Assembly (NCBI RefSeq): GCF_001194135.2
Contig: NC_068993.1
Span: forward strand, 40,324,604 to 40,370,348
Reading direction: 5' to 3'
Origin: Octopus bimaculoides
Lineage: Eukaryota
DNA: 45,745 nucleotides
In this document: piece after piece, positions 1 to 11,394 of the stretch
Layout: every line of letters starts with the position of its first letter
Position numbering within the stretch: the stretch's first letter is position 1
Translations under genes and position numbers: made by a program
Notes under the pieces: model-generated
What the model was told of the DNA's origin: nothing
Database searches by the model: none
Seen by the model: only the letters and a program-made list of their open reading frames with translations

Positions 1-77
1 TATATATATATGACATATATATACATATATATATACAAATGACTGAAACAATTAAAAGAGAAACAGAAAGATATATA

Positions 78-220
78 CGGTTAAAACAACATGAAATACG
101 TAAACAACGAGAAAAAATGGAGAACAGGACAAGTAAACGCAGAGAGTTGTCGGTTGTCTATCTCCTCCTCATTTCGGGCATTCAACGACAATATGAGTCT
201 TGAAAGACAGTTGCTCCCAT
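78..220. repeat. Interspersed repeat, copy 1 (paralogue of 733-911)
   Basis: ACGGTTAAAACAACATGAAATAC...GGACAAGTAAAC...CTCCTCATTTCG(G/A)GCATTCAACGACAATATGAGT...TTGCTCCCAT aligns with 733-911. Confidence 0.85.
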
Positions 221-379
221 AAATTCTAAAATAAAATTTAGGATTTATGGAGTGTCAAAGTTGGGAAAAAAACATGACAGTGGAGACATACAAAGAACCC
301 GAATGAAAACAAACATGGAGGGTCATTAGATCAGAACGAGAGGAAAATAGTGAACGCTGTGAGAAATATTTTTTTGAAA

Positions 380-660
380 AAAGTAAAGATAGAAGAGAGT
401 GAAACATATCTCCGCTCTCTTGAACGTCCGTGCAGGAAAAGAGAGATAGTCACGTGAGGAAAAGAAAGAGGGACGATGGTCACGCATGAGCAGCGAGAGA
501 AAGAGAGAAAGACAAAGAGAAAGAGGGGAGAGAGAGATAGAGAGAAAACGGTGAAGGAAGGAGGGGAGAAAAAGGGAATTAGAGAAGGATGGAGGAAGAA
601 AACCGTATAGAGAAAAGAGTCGCAACAAAAAGGTGAAGAGAAACTTACTTGGAAATAGAT
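380..660. repeat. Purine-rich (GA/GGA/AAG) low-complexity tract
   Basis: Direct composition; explains the F/L/S-rich ORF 326-673. Confidence 0.8.
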
Positions 661-732
661 GCGTGGCGTTCAACCAAATAATAAATAGTAAATTATATNN
701 NNNNNNNNTATATGGGTACAGGACGTCACCAA

Positions 733-911
733 CGGTTCAAACAACATGAAATACATAAACAGACGAGTTAAATACGTAAACAACGAGAAAAAATGGAGAG
801 CAGGACAAGTAAACACAGAGAAAGGACCCTTCATTAGTTGTCTGCTGTCTATCTACTCCTCATTTCGAGCATTCAACGACAATATGAGTATTCAAAGACA
901 CTTGCTCCCAT
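733..911. repeat. Interspersed repeat, copy 2
   Basis: Same orientation as 78-220, with two extra internal segments. Confidence 0.85.
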
Positions 912-1117
912 ATATATATATATCGCTGTGTGCGTACACATATTTGTACGTAACTGCCGAGGTGCAATGTTCTAGTAAGTGACTATGTTCCTTACTAATC
1001 TATTTTGAATGTGAATGACTCTTCTACCGATGAATGGAGTTCATACCATGCATTTTCTATTATTTCATGACGCTTGATGTATGTCGCATGGATTTTTTTC
1101 TAACGGTCTAACGATCG

Positions 1118-1210
1118 ATGATAATGATGACGAAGACGACGAGGACGACGACGACGACGACAATAATGATGATTATGATTATGATTATTATTATTATTAT
1201 TATTATTATG
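1118..1210. repeat. Compound trinucleotide repeat (GAT/GAC/ATT)
   Basis: Direct reading. Confidence 0.9.
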
Positions 1211-1315
1211 ATTTGTTTCATTTTCTACAGAAGCATTAAGTGAGGGTAACAATTCGACAGTTCGCAATTTGCTGTGGGACCGTTGCATAATAAAAGGAGG
1301 ATATAGTAGCATCAT

Positions 1316-1679
1316 GGAGGCGTAATGGCCCAGTGGTTAGGGCAGCGGACTCGCGGTCATAGGATCGCAGTTTCGATTCCCAGACCGGGCGTTGTGAGTG
1401 ATTATTGAGCGAAACACCTAAAGCTCCTCGAGGCTCCGGCAGGGGATGGTGGCGAACCCTGCTGTACTCTTTCACCACAACTTTCTCTTGCTCTTTCTTC
1501 CTGTTATCTGTTGTACCTGTATTTCAAAGGGCCAGCCTTGTCACACTGTGTCACGCTGAATATCCCCGAGAACTACGCTAAGGGTACACTTGTCTGTGGA
1601 ATGCTCAGCCACTTGCACGTTAATTTCACGAGCAGGCTGTTCCGTTGATCAACTGGAACCCTCGACGTCGTAAGCGACG
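1316..1679 (+). mobile_element. tRNA-derived SINE, family A (non-CORE body), 3' end runs into a gap
   Basis: A-box TGGCCCAGTGG and B-box GTTTCGATTCC; aligns end to end with 11395-11792; 3' half shared with 38734-39046. Confidence 0.9.
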
Positions 1680-2427
1680 NNNNNNNNNNNNNNNNNNNNN
1701 NNNNNNNNNNNNNNNNNNNNNNNNNNNNNNNNNNNNNNNNNNNNNNNNNNNNNNNNNNNNNNNNNNNNNNNNNNNNNNNNNNNNNNNNNNNNNNNNNNNN
1801 NNNNNNNNNNNNNNNNNNNNNNNNNNNNNNNNNNNNNNNNNNNNNNNNTTATCTCTCCTTCACATCCCACTGCCTCTTTCTTCAATGAATTTATTCTTGT
1901 TAGCTTTAGTTATAAATATCCTCGAAAAAAAAACATTTGTAAATACCTCGTCTCCGTTACTTCAATCGTTTTTACAACAAATTTTACTCTTATTACTCAC
2001 TCCACAAGAAGACACAAACACTCTTACAAATATAAACTTATCGGCTGAGAAGAATGTTGAAAGAATAGCAAATCACCGACTAATTACACATAATGAGCGT
2101 TCGAAGGATAGTTTTTCGACAGTAAACGAACTGAATATGACAAATGTCAAGTATACTTAACGATTGCTTAATAGAAAATTAGGAAGCGTCGAGAGCAACT
2201 TGAAAAATAAAACGAGCAGTGTTTGATCTAAGTGCTAAACATAAAGTAAAGCATTAAGCACAACCCTTGGCCTCTTCCTAAAAAACAAGTTTCCCAGCTA
2301 TTGCGCAATCATTTCTGGCGGTAATGTGTTTGTTTAAATTTTCCACTAACACCGCTACACACCTTCAAACTCTCCCACCATTTCCATTTTTGAAGAATTC
2401 TGTTTTCTTTTGCTTCTTTTGGATCAT

Positions 2428-2430
2428 TTA

Positions 2431-2462
<32 letters not shown>

Positions 2463-2547
2463 CATTATTATTGTTGTTCTTGTTGTTCTTGTTGTTATTA
2501 CGATTACTATTATCAAGACTAGTGGTAGTGGTAATAGTAGTAGTAGC

Positions 2548-2600
<53 letters not shown>

Positions 2601-2785
2601 GTGTAGTGGTGGTGGTGGTAGTAGTGATAGTGGTGTGGTGGTGGTGGTGACGGTGGTAGTAGTTGTAGGTGTAGTGATGGTGGTAGTGGGTGTGATAGTG
2701 ATGGTAGTGGTAGTAGTTGTAGTATAGTGGTGGTGGTGTTAGTGGTAGTAGTGGTAGTGGTGGTGGTGGTAGTAGTAGTAGTAGT
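2428..2785. repeat. Compound microsatellite (ATT)n-(GTT)n-(GTA)n-(GTG)n
   Basis: Direct reading. Confidence 0.95.
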
Positions 2786-3181
2786 TTTTTTTGTTATGCC
2801 ATGTTCGCATTTCCCTCTTTATCGTTTATTTCTCAAGGATTTTTCAAGTGTGTAAAATTAGAAAATAAAAATAACTTGTTTTATTTTAGTTCACCTCAGC
2901 TAACATCACAGCTTAAATTAGATTTTGTTTATTTATATGTTTATCTATTTTATTTGTATTAAGTGAGAGAAGAGATTATGCCATTTTGCAAGTGAAATAT
3001 TTGTACCTTTGACAAAGACTGATTGCCATATGTAGATTCAGCAGGTACCGTTCTTATATTACATCATCGGAGATACATTTTAGCCGTTTAATAACACAGA
3101 AACCTGTTTAATTCATGCATAACTATGATGTTAAGCTGGTTTAGTAACCACGTACTTTCGAGTTCAGTCCCACTGAATGGC

Positions 3182-3350
3182 ACAGGCGCAGGTATGGCCG
3201 TATAGTTAAGATCATGATCTTGAAATCGTGGTTTCGATTCTCGGATCGGGTGGTATGTTGTGTTCATGAGTAAAAATAATTCATTCAACGTTGCTTCAGT
3301 CTTCTAATCTGTAAATAGGTAACCCTGCGCTGGATAGGCTTCTCGTCCAA
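3182..3350 (+). mobile_element. Diverged CORE-type SINE (head and core)
   Basis: GGTTTCGATTC B-box followed by TTGTGTTCATGAGTAAAA...TTCAACGTTGCTTCAGTC, a decayed version of the core seen at 38810-38870. Confidence 0.6.
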
Positions 3351-3609
3351 GGAGACTATTGTGATCTCGGTTACTAATACCCCATGGAAACCGGTTGACT
3401 GGTCCTAGCTGTCCTAGGACTCGAGACAATACATATTTGTCTCTCTTGGTTAATCACTTTTACATTACTAAATGCGTTATGATTTTTCATTTCTTCCTGC
3501 AAACCATGCAGCATCACCAGAGCTTATCTACATCGTGAGAGTGATCCTAGGATTTATTTTAGTAAAATATTGGCAGAATCGTTAGAGTCAGACATGATGC
3601 CTTGCAACG

Positions 3610-3755
3610 GCGAGCTAGCAGGTTTGTTACAGTACTAGATCTTTCATCCTTTCAGGTCGATAAAATAAGTCCCACCTGAGCACTAGAGTCGGTGTAATCA
3701 ACTTACTCCTCCTCTGAAATTTCTGGCCTTGTGCCAAAATTTGATTGGAAACCGA
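3610..3755 (+). mobile_element. Meta-type SINE, internally deleted
   Basis: CTTTCATCCTTTCAGGTCGATAAAATAAGT...CTGGCCTTGTGCCAAAATTTGA matches the other copies in the window. Confidence 0.8.
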
Positions 3756-3949
3756 TATTTAAATACTATGTGTGTGTGTGTGTGTGTGTGTGTGTACACC
3801 TGGTACAAAATACCAGTTTTTGTAGTGTAACTTTGAAAGAAACAGTCATATAATATAAATGTGCATGCATGTATATTTTTATATATAAGCAAACAAGTAT
3901 ATATAAATATATATATATATATATATGCGTGTGTGTTTGTCTGTGTGTG

Positions 3950-4159
3950 TATTCTTTTACTTGTTTCAATCATTTGATTGCGACCATGCTGGAGCACTGT
4001 CTTAAAGCACTTTAGTCGAAGAAATCGACCCAGGACTTATTCTTTGTAAGACTAGTACTTATTCTAAGTTACAGGGACATATACACAACAGCATCGGTTT
4101 TCAAGCGATAATGGGGTCGGGAACAATCACAGACACACACATAAATACGCCATATGCAA

Positions 4160-4206
<47 letters not shown>

Positions 4207-4590
4207 TTTATAATGAAAGTAAACAAACAAAATTTGTTTTTTTTAGAAGCGTTGAGTTCTATTGTAAGATAGAGAAATAAATTTATTTCCCAAACGCGTG
4301 ATAATGCTATAAATAGCGTGATCAGGATAAATCACCCATATATTGCAGAAAAATACGTTACTGGCCAGCCATGAGACTCGAACTCACATCTCTGTGATTA
4401 CGCGTCATGTGTTTTACCATTAAACTAAACTGCCCAGCAACGATACATATGTATATATATATGACGGGCTTTTTTCATTTTCCTCGGCCCGAGGCTGTAG
4501 TAAAAGACATTTGCCCAAGGTGCTGCGCAGTGTTACTGAACCTGGAACCATGTAGTTGGGAAGCAAGCTTATTACCACACACCCACGCAC
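3950..4590 (-). mobile_element. tRNA-derived SINE, family D, split by an insertion in its internal microsatellite
   Basis: Tail at about 3950-4140 and head at about 4460-4590 match the reverse complement of 38305-38713. Confidence 0.8.
4237..4434 (-). mobile_element. Short tRNA-headed element (SINE or processed tRNA pseudogene) with A-rich tail
   Basis: Minus strand 4434-4363 folds as a cloverleaf: D arm GTTT/AAAC, T arm GTGAG-TTCGAGT-CTCAT, acceptor stem 6/7 pairs, anticodon stem only 3/5 pairs, loop CGCGTAA; followed by about 110 nt with AATAAA and an A9 run. Confidence 0.6.
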
Positions 4591-5906
4591 ATACATATAT
4601 ATATATATTGATGAATTTGGCGTCAGTACGAACTCTGCTGATGTTAATTCAGCCATTAACTTCCAAACGCAATGTTAGTTGTCTAAGTGCTTATTAATTC
4701 AAATCCTTTGACTAATTATCATCCATAATTGTTTTGTACCTCCTACCTGCCCTCTTGTTTGGCAATTTAATGCCAAGTTATGTCTTATATTTTTTGTCGC
4801 TAAATTTAATGTCGTTACATGAAAGACTTTCCACCCTGTAATGTTGAACTGTAAGACAGAAAACCGATACATATACCGCATTATACAGCCTTTCTGTTTT
4901 GTTTTGTTTTTTTTAAATTTTGTTTTTATTATTATTATAAAACAATTTTCTAGAGAATGAAAGTGAGAGGTGGGAGGAAACATCGCTGTTTATTTGAAAA
5001 AATTCCAATTGTTAATTAAGACCGTAATCCGTTTGCTAAATATTGTTTACCTTCAAGCCATTTTCACGGCGCCTTCTAAGGAAGTTTATTTTGCAACATG
5101 TAATAAACAGCATTTGAATAAGTTTACAAGGAGTGTGCTTAAGCACACAAAAAAAAAAAAAAAAAAGAAATGAAAAGAAATTATTGAAAATAGAAACAAT
5201 ACAATCGTAAAACAAAGAAAAAGATTACATTTGTCTCTGTTACTTTCTCTTCCTATTTGTTCCTTTTTTTTCTCTCTATTTGTTATGTCGTGGATTATGG
5301 AATGTAAAAGAATGTCTTTAAGTCTATAAAAGGATCTGGCGCATAAAGGAAGTTTGAACGATATCCGTCTGATCAGCTTTTCTCCCCACTTTTCTTCTTT
5401 TTTTTTTTCTACAGTCAGCGTCACAAACAATTTTCATACAATTTAAAAATAGGAGTGGAATTAACTTATCCCGACAGCCAGCCGTACGATTGGATGGCTG
5501 TAGAATACAGAATCCCCAGCGGGAAGTGTCATATCTTGTTAATTAAATGGGGAGTCCGGCAACAACAGTAACAACTATAACACCTTATGATAAAGATGGT
5601 GGAAGGGGAGAATTTACTTTGAGTGGCGGCCATTTTGTGTACAACATATGTTGCTGGAATGTTTAGCAATGGAAGACACGTCACGCACTTATAACAAAAC
5701 CACACTGTTGCGTATATATAAAACATACGTAAACGCCATCGAGGATTTGTTCCTATTTATTCACCCATTATTTTCTCTTCTATTCTTTGTCTCCTTCCCT
5801 CTGTCCCTCTCCCCTTTCCATATATGCATACGCACACACACATATAGATAGGTATGTAAACAGATAGATGAATATATAAATATATATATAGACATATACA
5901 TAAATA

Positions 5907-5944
<38 letters not shown>

Positions 5945-6508
5945 GAAGGTTTGAAAATGCACTTATTTTTCAAAAATATTTATTTACTTAACCGGTTTCA
6001 CTTTTTTAGAAAAAGATTATCAAAAGTCTTTGAGAATAATAAAAAATGTTAAAAAACAGTTTGAGTATTAAAATGCATATATACATTCTTTGATGATAAA
6101 ATATATTTAAAGTATAAAGCTTTGTATGAACTTTGTAGTGTTANNNNNNNNNNNNNNNNNNNNNNNNNNNNNNNNNNNNNNNNNNNNNNNNNNNNNNNNN
6201 NNNNNNNNNNNNNNNNNNNNNNNNNNNNNNNNNNNNNNNNNNNNNNNNNNNNNNNNNNNNNNNNNNNNNNNNNNNNNNNNNNNNNNNNNNNNNNNNNNNN
6301 NNNNNNNNNNNNNNNNNNNNNNNNNNNNNNNNNNNNNNNNNNNNNNNNNNNNNNNNNNNNNNNNNNNNNNNNNNNNNNNNNNNNNNNNNNNNNNNNNNNN
6401 NNNNNNNNNNNNNNNNATTATATTCACCTTACTTCGAGCTGTGCGGATAATAACGGACTAACTTGGTGCTCCAACTTAGGTACCTAATTCAACTGAATCT
6501 TAATTAGA

Positions 6509-6938
6509 AATAATACATTTCTAAATCTCTCAGGGAGATTTATGCAGTAGCAGCACGATAAAGTGATAGTATGACGTCAACTTAATGTGACAGTCCCATG
6601 AAAGGGAAGAATGCTACTGTTATTTAGCCTTAGGAAACACCGTTTCCTGTTGGACTTAACACATTTCCTGTGTCCATATGTTTTCAAAGTTGATACAATC
6701 ACCTCCACTCAGCAAAGACAGCATCCAGAGACTAGTCATTGCTCATCATTAGCCTGGAGTAGCATGGCTTGCTAGCTGTCGATGCCTATCCGCCTTTGAA
6801 AACATATATATTTCAAGTGAAATACATTCACTGATTTTTGAAAATAGCAATAATACATTTCTAAATTTCTCAGGGCTAAATAACAGTAGCATTCTTCCTT
6901 TTCATGGGACTGTCACATTAAGTTGACATGCTATCACT
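6509..6938. repeat. Duplication-inversion structure
   Basis: 27-bp direct repeat (6509-6535 / 6849-6875, 1 mismatch) plus an inverted repeat of about 67 bp (6562-6630 / 6872-6938). Confidence 0.9.
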
Positions 6939-6962
6939 AAATCTTAATTACTTTTATACATA

Positions 6963-6979
6963 CAGACAGACAGACAGAC

Positions 6980-7036
<57 letters not shown>

Positions 7037-7037
7037 G
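6963..7037. repeat. (GACA)n/(GATA)n tetranucleotide repeat
   Basis: Direct reading. Confidence 0.95.
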
Positions 7038-7061
7038 GCATGCATATATACACATGGGCGA

Positions 7062-7200
7062 ATTGGTAGAATCATTAGACCGTCCGACAATAGTTTTGCA
7101 TACTATCCCTCTTTTCGAGTTTAGAGCTCAAATCATGACTGTCGTATTTGCCATTCATCTTTGCGGGGTCGATAAATACAACACCACATCAAGTTGATTT
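7062..7200 (+). mobile_element. Diverged Meta-type SINE fragment
   Basis: GGCGAATTGGTAGAATCATTAG head and GCCATTCATCTTTGCGGGGTCGATAAA domain. Confidence 0.7.
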
Positions 7201-7555
7201 TCTTTCTGAAGTTCACTCTCTTTCACTTCTTTTCTCTGTGAAAGAAATCAGCAATGCTCAGATCTGAAGACTGATAGGCCTCATCAGGTCTTAAATAAAT
7301 ACCCGAAGGAACCCCATGTATTAAGATGGCGCTCCTGCTATTCCACCAAGTCTTAAGGTGCCACCACCACCACGTACACACAAATTGTATATGTGCGCGT
7401 TTGTGTGTGTGGTGTGTGCGTTTGTTTATCAGATTATACACAAAAGCAAGGGTTCATATTTCGAGTGCATTTAATACACGTATTTCTAGTAGTTATGTAT
7501 GATACTCCTTGCAAAACGCTGTCTTCAAGTCCGTGTTAAGGCAAGTTATGTAGAT

Positions 7556-7613
<58 letters not shown>

Positions 7614-7845
7614 NNNNNNNNNNNNNNNNNNNNNNNNNNNNNNNNNNNNNNNNNNNNNNNNNNNNNNNNNNNNNNNNNNNNNNNNNNNNNNNNNNNNNNN
7701 NNNNNNNNNNNNNNNNNNNNNNNNNNNNNNNNNNNNNNNNNNNNNNNNNNNNNNNNNNNNNNNNNNNNNNNNNNNNNNNNNNNNNNNNNNNNNNNNNNNN
7801 NNNNNNNNNNNNNNNNNNNNNNNNNNNNNNNNNNNNNNNNNNNNN

Positions 7846-7908
<63 letters not shown>
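7556..7908. repeat. (CA)n microsatellite spanning an assembly gap
   Basis: (CA)n on both sides of N-run 7614-7845. Confidence 0.95.
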
Positions 7909-7912
<4 letters not shown>

Positions 7913-8745
7913 TTATAATCACATTCTTGCCTTTATAATCAAATTTCCATTTTGCGTTCCAGAGACTCTATCATCATCATTATCATCATCATTATCATCA
8001 ACAATAACAACAAGAACAACACCAGTAACAGCAATGCCAACAACAATAACCATCACCACCATTGATGGTTATCAGAGAATGAAGTGATGAATAGTAGCCA
8101 TAACAAAGAACTGTAACTCATCATGACCTCTTAGTAGATGTTGTGCTCCCTGAAACAATATCAAATTAACATCTATTCATAGAGTACAAATGCTCCGCTT
8201 CAAACACTTTAAACTTTGACATCATAATTTATCAAATCAATAATCACTGTGTTCCAAATATTTAAACAGATCGATATTCAATTTGTTGATAAACATTTTT
8301 CGCCTTCCTCTACTTATCAAAATTCTCGTGGATTCTAGACACTTGGCTCTGGGAAAAATATAAAAATATAATATAAAGATGGATGGTTCCGCTACAAAAG
8401 TCTGACATGAGAAGCAAGATGAGGCAAAAATTAATCCAAGCAAAAAGCAAACTTTGAGGGCAAAGGTAAACAAATGTAACTACCAGGAATCGATCGAAAG
8501 ACGTTGCTGTTGATTATTACTTATATTAAAACGTTTATCAGTCAGAGTTACCCTCAGCTGAATATACTCATAACTACGGACAGATTCACATTAATGGTTG
8601 TTATAGGAATTGTATCTGATATTCTTGATATTTATATGAAAGTGAAGCCGACATTGATCGATCATCACTTATACTATTTATTAAGTCACAGCTATAATTA
8701 GTCTTTGAGGTAGAAGGGAAGGTCAACGCCCATGATCCTTTACAG

Positions 8746-8805
8746 CAGTGGTCTCCTCCAACCTTTTTTACATCACGAACCGGTTTCATGCAAGACAATT
8801 TTTCC
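8746..8805. mobile_element. hAT-Charlie terminus, MER1/Charlie3-like, solo end
   Basis: CAGTGGTC(TCC)TCCAACCTTTTT..CA.CA.G.ACCGGTTTC.TG.AAGACAATTTTTCC closely matches the recalled MER1 end. Confidence 0.65.
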
Positions 8806-9939
8806 GCTCATCGGCGGATTATGCACAGAACAAAACAGAGTACAGAGCTTAACCAGCGAGGTGGTATCAAATTAATGCTACAACAATGCCCGAAAGCACA
8901 TTCTAACCAGCAGGGTATAACAATATAGTGTAGTCTGGTTGATATAGTGATACAGTGATAAAAACTGTTTATTTGAGATGTGGCATTCATGCCTTTTCTA
9001 ACGCTCTTGTCACTGTTTTACACGACAATCTCTGCGAAATATCTTTGTAACCACACAATATCTTCACATTCGTTTTTCTTAATGATAACAAATAAAATGA
9101 AACTAGACGAAAGTATTTTGAATGTTTGCTTCTCTGTGAATTTTCAATTTATTAATTTCCTTATTAGAATGCAGCAGTAATGACAAGGTACACAGACACT
9201 CATCACAAGTGGTCTGAGAGATGAGATCTCGAAACCTTTGCCACTCACATATTTTGCTAGAACTATAATGGTAACGATGAATCACATAAGCATTGAGTCA
9301 TTACGATACCGAGCCGTTCTCATTCCCTGCTAAATTAAAACCGGAGAATGATTTCTCTTTAGATTCCTTCCAGTCAGAACAGTGAAGTATAATGTTGTAT
9401 GGTACTCGTTGGTACTACAAGCACGCACTCACACATGTATATATATATATATATATATACAATGTGCGGCAGAAGTAATGCTCTTTTGTATTTGAGTTTT
9501 CTAGCTTCTAATTGGGTTTTTTTATTTCCTAAAACTTCTGTGATTTTTTTGATTAGTGTGTTATTCGTTTCTTTAAATAATGCAATAAATTTGTATTCAA
9601 TAAAAAATTACTTAATAAACATTTATACACTATAAAAGTTATTAAAAAAGGGCGTTACTTCTGCCGCATCCTGTGTGTGTATATATATATATATATATAT
9701 NNNNNNNNNNNNNNNNNNNNNNNNNNNNNNNNNNNNNNNNNNNNNNNNNNNNNNNNNNNNNNNNNNNNNNNNNNNNNNNNNNNNNNNNNNNNNNNNNNNN
9801 NNNNNNNNNNNNNNNNNTAACAGTTTGGCGCATGGCTCAGTGGTTAGAATGAAACAAGTAAAAGACACTATCTTACAGTCAATCCCGGCAAAATATTTCT
9901 AATTTCAGCAGAAGGCCAATATTTTTCTGAAAAAAGAAA

Positions 9940-10045
9940 TGGGATTAGTTGATTAAATCAACCCTAACACTTGGCTGGTACTTATTTTATTGCCTCAAAG
10001 AGATAAACAGAAAAGCTGACTTCAATGATGTTTGAACATCTAATG
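9940..10045 (-). mobile_element. Meta-type SINE fragment
   Basis: TTAGTTGATTAAATCAACCC...CTGGTACTTATTTTATTG matches the reverse complement of the family tail. Confidence 0.6.
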
Positions 10046-10124
10046 AGAAAAAACAGAAGATACGGCCCAAATCATTTTCTCTGACACTACAGATTCTGCC
10101 AATAAAAAGAGCAAATTTAAAGTT

Positions 10125-10720
10125 ACCTACTCAAGTCATACCAGTTCATAAGGGTCGGTTTCCATAGCGTGTAAATTCCCCACCAGGTTGGGACGCCGGT
10201 CCGTCACAAGATTACTCATTTTTGCCAGCTGAGTGGACTGGAGCAACGTGAAATGAAGTGTTTTGCTCAAGATCACAACGCGTTGCCCGGCTATATCCCG
10301 CCCGAACGTTCTACCTGTTTTGAGTTCAAACTGACCAGATCAGACCTCTCTCACACCTACTCTGCAATGTCTTTCTAAAAATATACATGCACTCCATTAA
10401 AATCTCAAAGCTACAAGATTAATCTATGATTAGTTCAAAATGTGAATAAATGAGCATTGCATTTGACAGAATAATGTGAATGCAAAAGAGCTAAGGGCTA
10501 CATGTTAATTCAATGGCATGTAATGCATTTGATCGTACAAACGAATACTCGTCGTAGAAACTGATGGAGGACCAATTTACTTACTTTGCGGCTATGTGGT
10601 AAGAAGTTTGCTTCCCCACCACATGGTTCCGGGTTCAATTCCTCTGCGTGACACTTTGAGCAAGTGTCATCTTATGATTACGAGTCAAACACCCTAACCA
10701 CTAAGCCACGCACCTCCACA
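10125..10720 (-). mobile_element. CORE-type SINE interrupted in its tRNA head by a 380-bp insert
   Basis: Core ACTCATTTTTGCCAGCTGAGTGGACTGGAGCAACGTGAAATGAAGTGTTTTGCTCAAG at about 10214-10271; body stops at GCCCGG (10290) and the head resumes at about 10670-10720. Confidence 0.85.
10287..10494. mobile_element. 5'-truncated copy of the piggyBac-like MITE at 20142-20691
   Basis: TTCTACCTGTTT..GTTCAAA...CTCTCTCACAC...AAAGCTACAAGAT...TGTGAATAA...CATTTGACAGAATA aligns with 20160-20691. Confidence 0.8.
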
Positions 10721-10789
10721 GATTCTGCCAATCCCATTCCCTGGTTGCTTCCAGCATTGATAGGGCTTGAATTCTTTTTAGCTGTGATA

Positions 10790-11130
10790 ATCAGAGATGG
10801 GGAATGAGTCGATTCCATCAGCCCCCATACTTGATTGGCGCTTTAATCTAGCAATACCTAAGGAATAAAAGACTGAGTTGGTATTAGCTGGATTCGAAAC
10901 ACCATATGACCTTATGTCCTTCTCTCCAACGACTGGGCCATTCCACATCCCTTCATAATAATTGTTCCTAAATTTGTCATAAACCAGAGGATTTTGGGGT
11001 AGGGGACCAATCGATTAAATTGATACAGGTATTTGAAGGGTTCATTATTTTATCGATCCGGGAAGAATAAAAACAAAGTGACTTCAATGATATTCGAAAC
11101 CAGATCATAAAGGCTTGAAATTGAACACAC
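10790..11130 (-). mobile_element. Two decayed Meta-type SINE fragments (about 10790-10900 and 10965-11130)
   Basis: GAGTCGATTCCATCAGCCCC and ACCAATCGATTAAATTGA...TTTTATCGATCCGGGAAG motifs. Confidence 0.55.
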
Positions 11131-11394
11131 CAACATATTTTATCTCACGCTCTGACGGTTTAATGAAATAACAAAGTTCCTGCAATGGCTTTGAGCATAT
11201 AACCATCTAAGCTGTTTAAACAATAATTGATCCCTCATCGGTTTCCATTTTTTCAACTCGGCGTATCAGAATAGCTAAATTCAAAATAGAAGAGGTAAGA
11301 GAGAAAGACGGGGAGAGAACGTGAAGACAGGGAAGTGACAGAGGGTATGAGAGACAAAGAGAAATTGTGTTTCCGTGAGTGTGCGTGTGTGTGT

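Noticed and set aside
5985-6030. Minus-strand TTGATAATC...GTGAAACCGGTT as a second hammerhead or PLE end
   Set aside because: The core is too degenerate and there is no convincing stem II.
7273-7292. CTGATGAGGCC on the minus strand (hammerhead core half)
   Set aside because: No closing stem II and GAAA at the required distance.
8182-8267. (E)YKCSASNTL, an Ig-like Y-x-C-x-A-x-N motif after an AG
   Set aside because: The frame stops within 30 codons, has no good donor and lacks the rest of an Ig domain.
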